A DNA stretch of 64,000 bases from a virus. Position 1 is the first letter of the stretch. Each line of letters begins with the position of its first letter. A program made the position numbers and the translations under genes. Location: positions 7,969 to 71,968 of IMG/VR virus record IMGVR_UViG_3300030107_004238; one strand, written 5' to 3'. Below the pieces are notes generated by a model, which did not search any database, was not told where the DNA came from, and worked only from the letters and a program-made list of their open reading frames with translations. Below are positions 48,091 through 57,634 of this stretch, in pieces.

Positions 48091-49793
48091 GGCATTGGTC
48101 CACCATCTTCAACTATTGATTCATATGGAATAAAAGAGCCAGAGCGTGGTTCCCAAGTAAAATGAGATTCAGCACCATTTTCACCAAGATTTTGGAATTT
48201 AACCTTAAGTACTTTAACTTTAGTAGTTTTAGCATCATAATCTCGATGTACTAAAAGTCCATGGTAACTAGCATCATACCATTCACCTCCACCTTTAATA
48301 TTATACATAGTAGGTTCTTCAATTTTCCCGTCTTGTCCTTTATACATTTTAGTTGGGTGTGCTACGATAAAAACTAATACATCATACTTTTTACAAAAAG
48401 TTTCAATCTTAGCTAAATAATCCATTGTGTAACGGTTAACATCATCTGACACCGCGTTTGCGTCTCTTATCTTGTTAAATGGATCAATAACCAAACATTT
48501 AATACCTTTACGTTTAACTAATTCAGCACCTTTACGTAATACAGATTCTAAACTATATTTATCCATATCAATAAAAAAGTAATTATCGTTTACGTGATCT
48601 GCTACTTCTTTCCATTTACCACCACCTATATCTCCTGCTGATGGCATATCTTGCCATGTTTTCCTCATTAATTTATGGGCATGGAGATATACTGGTTGAT
48701 TTTCTGGACTAGCATACGCAGTTTTCCAGCCATAGTTATTATTGTAACCAACAACCATTTGATCAACAAAGTCAGACTTACCGCTACTAGGGATACCAGT
48801 AACAGTAATAAACTGCCCAGTGTAAGTACTAAAAATCTCATCAAAGTTTTTAAGTCCAATTTGGAAACCGGGTTTAAAACCGTTTTTAACAAAGTCTCTA
48901 AGCTCATCTTCAACATCTTTTAAAGTTGACACATTTTCTAATGGTACCGGTCGTGAGTTGTGTATAGCACTTCTCAACGCATCAGCACCGTGTTCCAACA
49001 AAAAATCATTCGCATCTTTATTACCGTTGAAATCTATAAGATAACATACTTCTGCTCCTAAACGCCTAACAAGTTCTCGTTGTAACATTTGACCAGGTTC
49101 GTCCTGATCTACAGCTAATATAATTCTAGTTTTGTCATCAAAATAATCAATACAATTATCTAAGTAATCTAAATTGTTATTATTTAATGTAGCTCCATTT
49201 GGTACTGATATTGCGTTTGGTATTCCAGCTTCATGTAATGCTAGTACATCCATTTCACCTTCAACTATAACACAGGTATCATAACCTATAATACTATTGA
49301 TATTATAAAATACTTTTTCAGCTCCTTTGTAAAGCTTAAAGTTTTTTCTACCATCTCTATATTTCACATTAATCAATTGATCACCTATGAAATAATTAAA
49401 TTGAATAGTATTTTCTTTTTTACCTGTTTGAGGCATAAACTCAGGACCTTCAGCAACCTGAAGATCTCTAAGTGTTTGCTTTGATATACCTCTTGTTCCA
49501 AACCATGTTTCAACATTCGTACTTACCTCGTTAAAGTTGGCTGGCGTATCCGGTCTAACATAGACTCGTTCGCTACTGCCTTTGCGTTGATAAGTATGAA
49601 GTTGAAACGTTTTGTTACAGTTGTGACAGGTACCGAGACCACGTTCCCAATCATAAGAAGAACATTGTGCCTTCTGATTTTTAGGTTTCCTAGTGTGAGA
49701 GCACAAGGGACAAGTCCCTTGCGTAGCTCCCTCTTTTAGGCCGTGTTGATTGAATACATCAATAACAAATCCATTGATCTCTTCTCTATTCAT
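48078..49793 (-). CDS. Primase-helicase (T7 gp4/Twinkle-like)
   Basis: Zn finger CPLC...CHNC; TOPRIM IVEGEMD and DQD; SF4 helicase GIPSSGKS, LVIDP, VAHP. Confidence 0.92.
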   Translation of the reverse strand: MNREEINGFVIDVFNQHGLKEGATQGTCPLCSHTRKPKNQKAQCSSYDWERGLGTCHNCNKTFQLHTYQRKGSSERVYVRPDTPANFNEVSTNVETWFGTRGISKQTLRDLQVAEGPEFMPQTGKKENTIQFNYFIGDQLINVKYRDGRKNFKLYKGAEKVFYNINSIIGYDTCVIVEGEMDVLALHEAGIPNAISVPNGATLNNNNLDYLDNCIDYFDDKTRIILAVDQDEPGQMLQRELVRRLGAEVCYLIDFNGNKDANDFLLEHGADALRSAIHNSRPVPLENVSTLKDVEDELRDFVKNGFKPGFQIGLKNFDEIFSTYTGQFITVTGIPSSGKSDFVDQMVVGYNNNYGWKTAYASPENQPVYLHAHKLMRKTWQDMPSAGDIGGGKWKEVADHVNDNYFFIDMDKYSLESVLRKGAELVKRKGIKCLVIDPFNKIRDANAVSDDVNRYTMDYLAKIETFCKKYDVLVFIVAHPTKMYKGQDGKIEEPTMYNIKGGGEWYDASYHGLLVHRDYDAKTTKVKVLKVKFQNLGENGAESHFTWEPRSGSFIPYESIVEDGGPMPWEA

Positions 49794-50102
49794 CTAAAAC
49801 GGTAGATCTTCTTCAGTCGCAGCAGGAGCAGACGCTGGGGCTGATTGATTATCTCTTGGGGCAACTTCAACATTGTTTCCATTAGTCCAAACTACCTTTA
49901 CATTACCAAGATAAGTTTTAGCTGCTTTCGCATCTCTTTCTTCCTTAGTTTGCTCTACAACTACAGGGCCTTGATTACCAAACTGATCTGTTTCGTCATT
50001 CAAAGTAATTGTAATTGGTAAGTATTTACCCTTTTTACCTACAAAGATTTTATCTTTAGGTATACTATTAAGGTTAATACTTGTTTTAATAATACTTGCC
50101 AT
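49794..50102 (-). CDS. Putative single-stranded DNA-binding protein
   Basis: Small beta-rich domain, flexible linker and acidic C-terminal EEDLPF tail. Confidence 0.7.
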   Translation of the reverse strand: MASIIKTSINLNSIPKDKIFVGKKGKYLPITITLNDETDQFGNQGPVVVEQTKEERDAKAAKTYLGNVKVVWTNGNNVEVAPRDNQSAPASAPAATEEDLPF

Positions 50103-50104
50103 AA

Positions 50105-50272
50105 TTAATAATTATTTATTTGGTTAAACATTCTGGTTAATTGCTCTTTAGTAGCACCAGTGTTTCTTCTTAAATTATCTACAGCTTTTACATGGTTCTG
50201 ATTCGCGTAGAAATTATTAACACTAGTTTTAACACCACTAACAGTGCATATTCTTGATTTAGTTCTTGCCAT
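50105..50272 (-). CDS. 55-aa hypothetical protein
   Basis: MARTKSRICTVSGVKTSVNNFYANQNHVKAVDNLRR...*, read manually; fills the gap exactly. Confidence 0.6.
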   Translation of the reverse strand: MARTKSRICTVSGVKTSVNNFYANQNHVKAVDNLRRNTGATKEQLTRMFNQINNY

Positions 50273-50282
50273 GATTTTTGGT

Positions 50283-51014
50283 TTAAAGGGTTTTGCTTAT
50301 GAAATACTGTTTAGGATCAAAATCCTTGGTCTTATAAAACAAGTCATAAGCTTCACTTGCTTTACGTACCTTATCTTCTCCTTTTTCATAAAACTGAGGA
50401 GAACAATCAAACATACCAATTTGATGGGTATTCTTATCGATAACTATAAATAAAAACTCATATCCGAATAATTTACTATAAATATAAGCTTGTGAGTCAT
50501 AGTTAAATTTAGACGCTGACCATTGAAACTTCTCAATGTCTGCTGTTGTTTTTAAATCAATGATTAGTTTTTCATCATGATTAACAATATCTGCTTTACC
50601 TTTCCATTTATTATTAAATAATTCTGTAACCATAGGTACTTCATACTCAACATTACCTAATTGTATAAGATCTCTACATATATCGTTAGCCATAACTTTA
50701 TCTCTCATTAATTCAATTGTATCTACTTCGTGTTGTAGTAGACAAAGCTCACCACCTGCAACGTCTTTATATTGTTTGGTATTTCTAGTTGTAGATTTAA
50801 CAACCTTAAACTTCTCGAGTTTATCTGGCTCTAATATACAAGTGTGGAAATATCCACCAACTAAAAATGCTGGAGATGGTTTACTTGGTTCAAAAGCTCT
50901 TAATGGATCTTTTAATAATCTACCAACGTGTGAGTTAGACAAAAACTGATTACCAAATTCTCCATAATAATCTTCATCGTTTTTAAGCTTTTGTAATATC
51001 TTTTCTTTGTTCAT
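50283..51014 (-). CDS. RecE/ExoVIII-like PD-(D/E)xK exonuclease (DUF3799-like)
   Basis: LSNS, G..FHT.ILEP, KGKADI, IIDLKTT, YDSQAY.Y. Confidence 0.8.
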   Translation of the reverse strand: MNKEKILQKLKNDEDYYGEFGNQFLSNSHVGRLLKDPLRAFEPSKPSPAFLVGGYFHTCILEPDKLEKFKVVKSTTRNTKQYKDVAGGELCLLQHEVDTIELMRDKVMANDICRDLIQLGNVEYEVPMVTELFNNKWKGKADIVNHDEKLIIDLKTTADIEKFQWSASKFNYDSQAYIYSKLFGYEFLFIVIDKNTHQIGMFDCSPQFYEKGEDKVRKASEAYDLFYKTKDFDPKQYFISKTL

Positions 51015-51531
51015 CTGTTATTTTATATTTAGATTCAATAGCTTCTATTTTACCACCAGCAGCTATATATTCTTTAGCTTTTTTAATTTGTTCTTTTGTT
51101 ATAGTTGGTTTAGCAGCTTGTTTAATCTTATCAATAGCTTTAGATGGTTTTTGAGAATCAGCATCTTCTGTATCATCAATAAGTAATAGATTACCTAAAG
51201 CATATTTCTTACCATAAGTTGACGCGGCACCAAACTGCTGAGCGGTTTGCATACCTTTCTGATTAAGGTCTACACCTACTAGAGCGGTCGCGTGTATAGC
51301 ATTCTCGCCATCTGATATTGTTGCTGTTGATTTCATTGTTGGAACAGGGTCAACTGAGATTATTTCTTCATTTATTGTAACAGTAACGCCTTGTTCAATT
51401 AAGAAAGGCTTTATAGCCTCTAAGATATCTTCTGATTTTCGGAAATAATATTTACCGAATGAATTATACGAAGACTTTTTTGCTTTTAGCTTTGTTTGTA
51501 TGATAGCTAATTTTTGGTTTAATTCTTTCAT
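50983..51531 (-). CDS. erf: ERF-family single-strand annealing protein
   Basis: FGKYYFRKSEDILEAIKP; Q.FGAASTYGKKYALGNLLLIDDTEDAD. Confidence 0.85.
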   Translation of the reverse strand: MKELNQKLAIIQTKLKAKKSSYNSFGKYYFRKSEDILEAIKPFLIEQGVTVTINEEIISVDPVPTMKSTATISDGENAIHATALVGVDLNQKGMQTAQQFGAASTYGKKYALGNLLLIDDTEDADSQKPSKAIDKIKQAAKPTITKEQIKKAKEYIAAGGKIEAIESKYKITDEQRKDITKA

Positions 51532-51547
51532 ATTTTTGGTCTTTGGT

Positions 51548-51583
51548 GTATATATATAATTACACGTTTTTATTCACTTTTAC
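51548..51583 (-). promoter_or_regulatory. Class B promoter-like motif
   Basis: Minus strand GTAAA-agtgaataaaaac-GTGTAATTATATATATAC upstream of the erf/replication operon. Confidence 0.6.
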
Positions 51584-51602
51584 ATTTATCACCTCACTTA
51601 AC

Positions 51603-52361
51603 TTACAGGTAATCAAGCACTTGCGAGTGATCTACATTTTCTATTAATTTATCTACTGCTTGCTTTTTTAATTGTGAAACTCTAACATAAGAACTGTTGC
51701 CTTCAATACCTATTTTATTAGCTATCTCTGTAGCGGAATGTTTTTCGCAATCAAGTCCATAACTTAATCTTAACACCTCAAACTCTTTATCTGTTAAGTG
51801 TTGTTTTAATAAACTTGTTAGATATAAATTCAATAAAGTCATATTATATGGTTCACTTTCGTCTGGTATTTGATATATCATATTAGAATCATCGTTTGGT
51901 CCTTCATCTATACTTAAAAAGATAGAGTTAAAAAACATAGCTACCATCTTTTTGTTTTTACCAAAGTTCTTACGTATTTCATTATACATATGTTCTGGTA
52001 TTCTAATATCGCCTCTATTAATATCTATACCTCTTCTAATTGCTCCTTTAATTCTTTTAGAAAAGAAAGACTTTAAAGTTTTTTCTATATCATCAGATTT
52101 TTCCAATACTTCTCTATCTAATCTATCTACTGCTTTTTTTAATCCTACACTTCCTTCTTGTATCAAGTCTAATATACTCATAACTCCCGATGCTTGTTGT
52201 GATGTTGAGAATTTTCTAGCTATATTTTCTACAAGTGGCAGAAAAATTATTACTAATTCTTCTTTTGTGTATTCATTCCATTCTTTTTTACCTATTCTTT
52301 TTATAGATGCTTCTACATCATTTTTATATCTAATATAATTTTGTATATTATAGTTCTTCAT
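51603..52361 (-). CDS. Phage sigma-70-family RNA polymerase sigma factor
   Basis: LPLVENIARKF, DLIQEGSVGL.KAVDR (region 2), IRIP, and LTDKE.EVLRLSYGL...RVSQLKKQAVDKL (region 4). Confidence 0.9.
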   Translation of the reverse strand: MKNYNIQNYIRYKNDVEASIKRIGKKEWNEYTKEELVIIFLPLVENIARKFSTSQQASGVMSILDLIQEGSVGLKKAVDRLDREVLEKSDDIEKTLKSFFSKRIKGAIRRGIDINRGDIRIPEHMYNEIRKNFGKNKKMVAMFFNSIFLSIDEGPNDDSNMIYQIPDESEPYNMTLLNLYLTSLLKQHLTDKEFEVLRLSYGLDCEKHSATEIANKIGIEGNSSYVRVSQLKKQAVDKLIENVDHSQVLDYL

Positions 52362-52794
52362 TTTTGTGTTTTTTATAGATCAATTCTAATGTTGACGGCC
52401 AATCTAAACATCTTTGAGCTGTGCCAAACCAAAGCCATGTGCCTTTAAAATCTGGTTGTCCTCTCCATCTACTATCATCAATTAAAATATCTCCGATTAA
52501 TAAATCTTTTCTATGTGTTAATATTAGTTTTCGTTTTAACCATGGGAAATGTTCTGCTAACCACTCTCTTTTAGCTCCCCATTCTGATGGTCTATCCCAT
52601 GGTGGTGTTGATGCTATAAATATATCGAAATCTTTATTTAATTTTATTAGTGCATCTTGTGCGCCAGGTATTATTTCTAAATTTCTATAATCTACATGTT
52701 TATCTGGTCTGTGTTTCCAACCACCTTCATCTGCTGCTTTTTTAAAGTTAGCTATAACACCATCCATATCTATAAATATTATTTTTTTACTCAT
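52348..52794 (-). CDS. 5'(3')-deoxyribonucleotidase (NT5C, HAD family)
   Basis: FIDMDGVIANF; K..WL.EHFP; LILTHRKDLLIGDILIDD. Confidence 0.9.
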   Translation of the reverse strand: MSKKIIFIDMDGVIANFKKAADEGGWKHRPDKHVDYRNLEIIPGAQDALIKLNKDFDIFIASTPPWDRPSEWGAKREWLAEHFPWLKRKLILTHRKDLLIGDILIDDSRWRGQPDFKGTWLWFGTAQRCLDWPSTLELIYKKHKNEEL

Positions 52795-53413
52795 TTAATT
52801 GTTGGTTTAATAATTCTTTTTCTCGTTTTAATTCTGTACACATATTTCTATGTATTGTTCTAGTAGAACAGTCTAATAATCCAGCTACTCTACTTATAGT
52901 AATCTTCTTACTTGATTCGTTTAAATCTATCATGCATTGATAAATATCATCTGGATGTATCTTTTTAGATCTACCTATCAACTCTCCTACGATACGTAGT
53001 TTCTCTTCTTTACTAATTCTAGTAAATGGTTTGAATATAACTTTACGTAGTTTATTTTTAGGTGGTTCATCTAAGTCTAACATACTAACCTCATATACTA
53101 TCTTACGTAGTAGTTCAACGTGTATAGCAAAAGAAATAAAACCATTAGGTTTATGACATATTACCTCTGCTAGTTTCATAAAATCATCTTGATCTAGTTG
53201 TGGGTTAAGATACCAAAGAACAAGCAGATGCCACTTGAGAGATTTATACGTAGTTATTTTGGCGGAAGATCTGAATAGCTCATAGCATTCATGAGTGCCA
53301 TTTAGATAAAACATATATACTTCGTTCTCTTGATCTGGTATATCTGTTATTGGTTTTCTACGGTATACGATGCGACGATCGTTTAGGTATTTAAGGTTTC
53401 TCTCGTGTGACAT
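52787..53413 (-). CDS. Putative DNA-binding protein with C-terminal HTH
   Basis: KITISRVAGLLDCSTRTIHRNM helix-turn-helix. Confidence 0.7.
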   Translation of the reverse strand: MSHERNLKYLNDRRIVYRRKPITDIPDQENEVYMFYLNGTHECYELFRSSAKITTYKSLKWHLLVLWYLNPQLDQDDFMKLAEVICHKPNGFISFAIHVELLRKIVYEVSMLDLDEPPKNKLRKVIFKPFTRISKEEKLRIVGELIGRSKKIHPDDIYQCMIDLNESSKKITISRVAGLLDCSTRTIHRNMCTELKREKELLNQQLNE

Positions 53414-53647
53414 TAGCCTATTACTTATTATATTTAGGGGCTGTTGTCACAGTCCCCTTTGGTTTCAATGTTGCAATAATTATCCTTGTTTCGTTATCAT
53501 TAGGATATTTTATTTTATTCCAATTATCTATTCGTTTGATTAATTCTTTATTCATTTTGATATTTAATTATCTTTTCTAATACTTTTACTAATTTAGTTA
53601 AGGCTTTAGTTAAGTCGCTAATGTCCCTATACATTTGTTGTTGATTC

Positions 53648-53782
53648 TTATTCATTTTCTTTTTCTTTAGTTGAATACCATCTTATTTCTTTATCACCAT
53701 CCCACTCTGTAATTACGTGTACCCTATTACTACAAGAAGATAATACAACCAACAATATCGCTATTTTAATTATTTTATTCAT
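53648..53782 (-). CDS. Small lipoprotein
   Basis: MNKIIKIAILLVVLSSC lipobox; real start is internal to the tracked 53648..53866 ORF. Confidence 0.65.
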   Translation of the reverse strand: MNKIIKIAILLVVLSSCSNRVHVITEWDGDKEIRWYSTKEKENE

Positions 53783-54656
53783 AATTTCTAATACATTTAA
53801 ATAATGGATGTCTATAACTACCAGCTTTTGTACGTTCAAAGAAAGTAAAGGTAGCACGTTGGCCAATATAATCGCTTATATTATCGAGCATATCAGCAAG
53901 ATCCTTGTAGGTATACCCCTTGCCCGGTGGACAACCGAACTCTATACCTTCGTCATCTTGCATTATGAACTTACCAAGCGTGCCAGTCCTTTTTCCTTTA
54001 CCATCTAAATAACCAATGATTGTAGCTTCGGCATCGCTGAAGTCTTTGAATTTACGTAGATTGTGAGAACGTTTGCATTTATAAGTACCGTTGGTACGTA
54101 CAATAGAGCCTTCGTAACCTGTATTTAAATTCATTTGATGAATAGCTCTAGCTTGATCTTCGCTACATATATTTTTAGTAGTAGACACATGCTTAATACA
54201 GTGATTGCGTGGTACAACTTGAGTAATAAATCTATTACGCTCTTCAAATGTCATAGTTTCATCTATTATATCATAACAATGAAATTGTACATTCTCAGCT
54301 GATATAGATCTATCCTCGTCTGTTGGTTTTGTTTTTCTGACCATAGATATGATAGATTCAAAATCGTCTCTAAAATCGTGATTATACAACTCACCATCAA
54401 GTATAACATTAGGGTATTTAAAAAAGAAAGGTTTTAATTGTTCTAATATATGATCTATATTTTTCCATTCTTTACCTGTGCGTGAGTATGCTGTTACTCT
54501 GACGCCAGGTATAGGATAACCAGAACTTGAGTAATCTGGCTCAGCCTGTATCACACATCTAACACCATCTAATTTTGGTTGTATAAATACTGGTTTATCA
54601 TAATCTATTGGTTTATCGCTTACTGGATAAGCTAACATTGGTTTTTTTCTCATCAT
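53775..54656 (-). CDS. lig: ATP-dependent DNA ligase
   Basis: PMLA, QPKLDGVR (motif I), LDGELY, FHCYD, YEGSIVR, LRKFK; OB-fold ending SYRHPLF...R. Confidence 0.92.
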   Translation of the reverse strand: MMRKKPMLAYPVSDKPIDYDKPVFIQPKLDGVRCVIQAEPDYSSSGYPIPGVRVTAYSRTGKEWKNIDHILEQLKPFFFKYPNVILDGELYNHDFRDDFESIISMVRKTKPTDEDRSISAENVQFHCYDIIDETMTFEERNRFITQVVPRNHCIKHVSTTKNICSEDQARAIHQMNLNTGYEGSIVRTNGTYKCKRSHNLRKFKDFSDAEATIIGYLDGKGKRTGTLGKFIMQDDEGIEFGCPPGKGYTYKDLADMLDNISDYIGQRATFTFFERTKAGSYRHPLFKCIRNYE

Positions 54657-54994
54657 TATTTATATTTTTTAAGTATTTTATTTACTTGATCCATTCTGTT
54701 TTTGATAATAGCACATTTTTCATATTCTTCATCTTGTTTGCATATATCCATTAGTGTTAATAATTTAGCTGCTTCGCCTAAAGCCTCTATTTCTTCTGAC
54801 AACTCTAAATCTTTATATGGTTGCCAAGAGGTTTCAGTACGGTTAACGTGATTAAACCAATCTTCCATAGATTTTAACTTAACCATTCGGCTAACTATTT
54901 TAACAGCTAAAGCGTTTAATCCAGCATCATCTAATTTTGAATCTTCTAATGCTTTTAATATTTGTTTGTTTGTTACCCTTTTATTATCCGTCAT
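54656..54994 (-). CDS. Hypothetical protein with UVR-like C-terminal helix pair
   Basis: EEYEKCAIIKN motif. Confidence 0.55.
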   Translation of the reverse strand: MTDNKRVTNKQILKALEDSKLDDAGLNALAVKIVSRMVKLKSMEDWFNHVNRTETSWQPYKDLELSEEIEALGEAAKLLTLMDICKQDEEYEKCAIIKNRMDQVNKILKKYK

Positions 54995-55379
54995 AATTCG
55001 TATTTTGTTTGTATTTTTCTATTAATTTATCTGGTCTCCCTACAAAGATACATTTATCTTCATCTTTTCCAATATATTGATTGCAATCTTTACAATATCT
55101 TGGAAAACTTACTTCAAATATACTTATCCAAGCGCCGGCATCTGGTTTTTGCCACACATAATATATATATTCTAGATCACCGTGTTTTGTATCTAAATCT
55201 TCTATTTCCCACCTATTTATTTTACCGTAATTAGTAAAACATTCAGCTATTTCTACTCCCAATCCCTCAGGATAACCATCACTATGCACGTAAAACTGTG
55301 CGTGAATTTTTTCTGGATGCTCGTTAAACGTTACTCCTTCTTCACGTGTAGCGAATCTAACTTGTGCTCTTGTACTCAT
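54984..55379 (-). CDS. Phage hypothetical protein (YxHxDGYP type)
   Basis: MSTRA, YVHSDGYPEGLG, DLEYIY. Confidence 0.7.
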   Translation of the reverse strand: MSTRAQVRFATREEGVTFNEHPEKIHAQFYVHSDGYPEGLGVEIAECFTNYGKINRWEIEDLDTKHGDLEYIYYVWQKPDAGAWISIFEVSFPRYCKDCNQYIGKDEDKCIFVGRPDKLIEKYKQNTNYDG

Positions 55380-55381
55380 AT

Positions 55382-56167
55382 TTATTTTGTTATTATATTT
55401 TCTATATAGTTCATAAAATCATCAAATATTGTTATTCCTTTTATATAACTATTATTATTATCTTTTATTTTTCCGTTTGTTATCTTACCATTTCTTTTTA
55501 AATCTTTTATAGCTAATTTAACGTCTTTTGGATTATGAGAGTTATAAAAATAATAATCTCTATTAAAATTTAACTTTTTCATATGTTTAAATGGACACCA
55601 ACGTTGTTCTATTTGTTTTACAGCATTTAACATTCTTAGAATAGGTAATATATTTAATAATATGTTATCTTTTTCTTTATAATCTTTTATTTTGTTTAAT
55701 ATAGGATTTAAATATATATCTTCACAAATTAAATTAGAATAATGCTTATGTTCTATAAAAAAAGGCTCATATAAATCTAACCATTCTTCAAGTAACAATG
55801 GAGTTTTTAATTTAGATATTTTATTCTCATCATTACTAATTTCTAAAATTGTATCATAAAATATTTCCATTCCACCATTACAGATACTACACCAATCACA
55901 ACCTATTTTATTATCTCCATCTACAAACCTAGTAAATGAAATGTAATTATATATATCTCCTTTTTTAAACTGCTTTAAGGTTTTCATTGTTCTAACTACT
56001 TCTAATATTAATTCCATATTAAAATAATTAAAATCAATTAAAGTTAACTCATTTTCATTTACTTCTGGAATAATATCATAAAGAAAATCTATTCTTTCTT
56101 TACTTTCTTCTGGTATTTTATCGTAAGTAATATTAATAATATTTAGATCTTTTTCTTTTGTGCTCAT
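55382..56167 (-). CDS. Hypothetical protein, very AT-rich
   Basis: 261-aa Ile/Asn/Lys-rich ORF, visibly lower in GC than its neighbours. Confidence 0.6.
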   Translation of the reverse strand: MSTKEKDLNIINITYDKIPEESKERIDFLYDIIPEVNENELTLIDFNYFNMELILEVVRTMKTLKQFKKGDIYNYISFTRFVDGDNKIGCDWCSICNGGMEIFYDTILEISNDENKISKLKTPLLLEEWLDLYEPFFIEHKHYSNLICEDIYLNPILNKIKDYKEKDNILLNILPILRMLNAVKQIEQRWCPFKHMKKLNFNRDYYFYNSHNPKDVKLAIKDLKRNGKITNGKIKDNNNSYIKGITIFDDFMNYIENIITK

Positions 56168-56441
56168 AATATTTACTTTTTAATCTTTCAATAATTGCTC
56201 TACCAGTTGCTGTATGAAAACCATAACTATGTGTAAACATACCTTTAATAGGATCATTGAAGAATAATAATCTCATAAAATCTTTTGGTTCTGCAGCTTT
56301 TCCAAAATAAGTATTAGAATACTCATTTGCAACTTCATTACATGCTGCAGCTATTGAAATAGGGCAATGTATTAACTCTTCATCTGACCTATAAGACATG
56401 TAACTTTTTACGTTATTACTCGTTAGTTTCATCTTTTTCAA
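56133..56441 (-). CDS. Hypothetical protein
   Basis: ORF in the early operon; THSYGFHT..GR motif. Confidence 0.6.
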   Translation of the reverse strand: MKKMKLTSNNVKSYMSYRSDEELIHCPISIAAACNEVANEYSNTYFGKAAEPKDFMRLLFFNDPIKGMFTHSYGFHTATGRAIIERLKSKYYEHKRKRSKYY

Positions 56442-56757
56442 TTTTAAATTGGTTTTCTACTTTAGTTACTATTGCTTCTACTAACTCATAAGCATCAGTA
56501 AAGGTTAAGTCGCTGAGTTCTAGCTTGTTATCGTAACTTAGATTAAACTCATATTCAAACATACCACAATCAAATTCATAATCTTCTACCGCTTTATTTA
56601 TTGTATCATTAATGATATCCATTGTAGTACTAGATATAACTGGTTTGTTAGCGTCTTCTAATTCTTTTTGTTTAGCTTTTAAGTCCATATTTAATTGACC
56701 TATTTTATCTTCTAAGCCTTTGCATGTGGCTTCTAACATTTCTTTTGTTTCTGACAT
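56416..56757 (-). CDS. Hypothetical acidic / coiled-coil protein
   Basis: First ORF downstream of the class A motif at 56773-56807. Confidence 0.65.
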   Translation of the reverse strand: MSETKEMLEATCKGLEDKIGQLNMDLKAKQKELEDANKPVISSTTMDIINDTINKAVEDYEFDCGMFEYEFNLSYDNKLELSDLTFTDAYELVEAIVTKVENQFKIEKDETNE

Positions 56758-56772
56758 TTTATTTAATTTTAT

Positions 56773-56807
56773 TATATTATCCTACTTTATTCGTATTTAT
56801 ATTGTAA
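56773..56807 (-). promoter_or_regulatory. Class A (early) promoter-like motif
   Basis: Minus strand TTACAA-ta-TAAATACGA-N8-GGATAATATA. Confidence 0.75.
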
Positions 56808-56808
56808 A

Positions 56809-56904
56809 CGAGATCGGGCAGGTGTGGTTCATTGAGTTTCAAGCACATGCCTGTGGTCTGTTATCTCTTTTGCTTTATCCTGCCGTTAAACCACCCTCAC
56901 CTCG
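56809..56904 (-). ncRNA. Candidate structured intergenic RNA
   Basis: GC-rich gap; CGAGGT/ATCTCG and GGCAGG/CCTGCC stems; crossing GTGGTT/AACCAC pairing. Confidence 0.4.
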
Positions 56905-57042
56905 TTATTCGTACCATACTCCGTATACTTTAACTCCTTTAGTCTCGCAGTATAGTACTCTTTTCTTTTCTTTCTTTTCCTTTAACTGGCTTTTGTCCCA
57001 ATACTTTGGATTTTTGCTGTTCAATTTTTTCTTTTTCGGCAT
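56905..57042 (-). CDS. 45-aa Lys-rich hypothetical protein
   Basis: MPKKKKLNSKNPKYWDK...GVKVYGVWYE*, read manually. Confidence 0.6.
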   Translation of the reverse strand: MPKKKKLNSKNPKYWDKSQLKEKKEKKRVLYCETKGVKVYGVWYE

Positions 57043-57102
57043 ATTCTTTTAGGTTTTGTTCTATTTTATTATTGTCTTTTGTAAAAAATTCTATTATTTT
57101 TC

Positions 57103-57633
57103 TCATATTACATTGTATTTATGTCCATTTACTATTACTTTTACTTCTGGCGTAGTATTTTCTACTACAGCATTTCTAATATCATTTTCATACTTCCATT
57201 TAGGTATATAATCACCATCTGCCACTCTATTAGCATTTTTAATGTAATAGTTTTTAAGACAATAGCTTATTAAATACTCTAATCTATCTATCTCTATTGG
57301 TATTAATTTACAAGTTCTTGTAGTCCATTGAGTGTATAGTGGTCTACCCATACTATCTTTTCTACCTGAATCAAAAAACTCTGGTTCGCTATCAATTCTT
57401 TTATTTAATTGAAAATTACTACGTGTACTCTTACCTTGATTTCTTACATAACCAGTTTTAAAACTAGCTACTTCAATTAATATACCACTATCTTGGTCTT
57501 TTATTGGTAATTTCCAAACTATTGTACCATTTTTACTTTGTCTTGTCGTGCTAATATCCATTATTCCTAGTAAATCCATCTGCTCTAGTACCCTAGCATA
57601 TCTTGGATCACTATTGTATTCTTTTCTATTCAT
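57103..57633 (-). CDS. Hypothetical protein
   Basis: 176-aa ORF; TTRQ.KNGT and F.TGYVR motifs. Confidence 0.65.
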   Translation of the reverse strand: MNRKEYNSDPRYARVLEQMDLLGIMDISTTRQSKNGTIVWKLPIKDQDSGILIEVASFKTGYVRNQGKSTRSNFQLNKRIDSEPEFFDSGRKDSMGRPLYTQWTTRTCKLIPIEIDRLEYLISYCLKNYYIKNANRVADGDYIPKWKYENDIRNAVVENTTPEVKVIVNGHKYNVI

Positions 57634-57634
57634 A

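Noticed and set aside
221-48923. Many short antisense or alternate-frame ORFs in the track (e.g. 4028..4261, 13939..14232, 33047..33589, 44490..44732)
   Set aside because: Fully nested in long motif-bearing genes; typical shadow ORFs.
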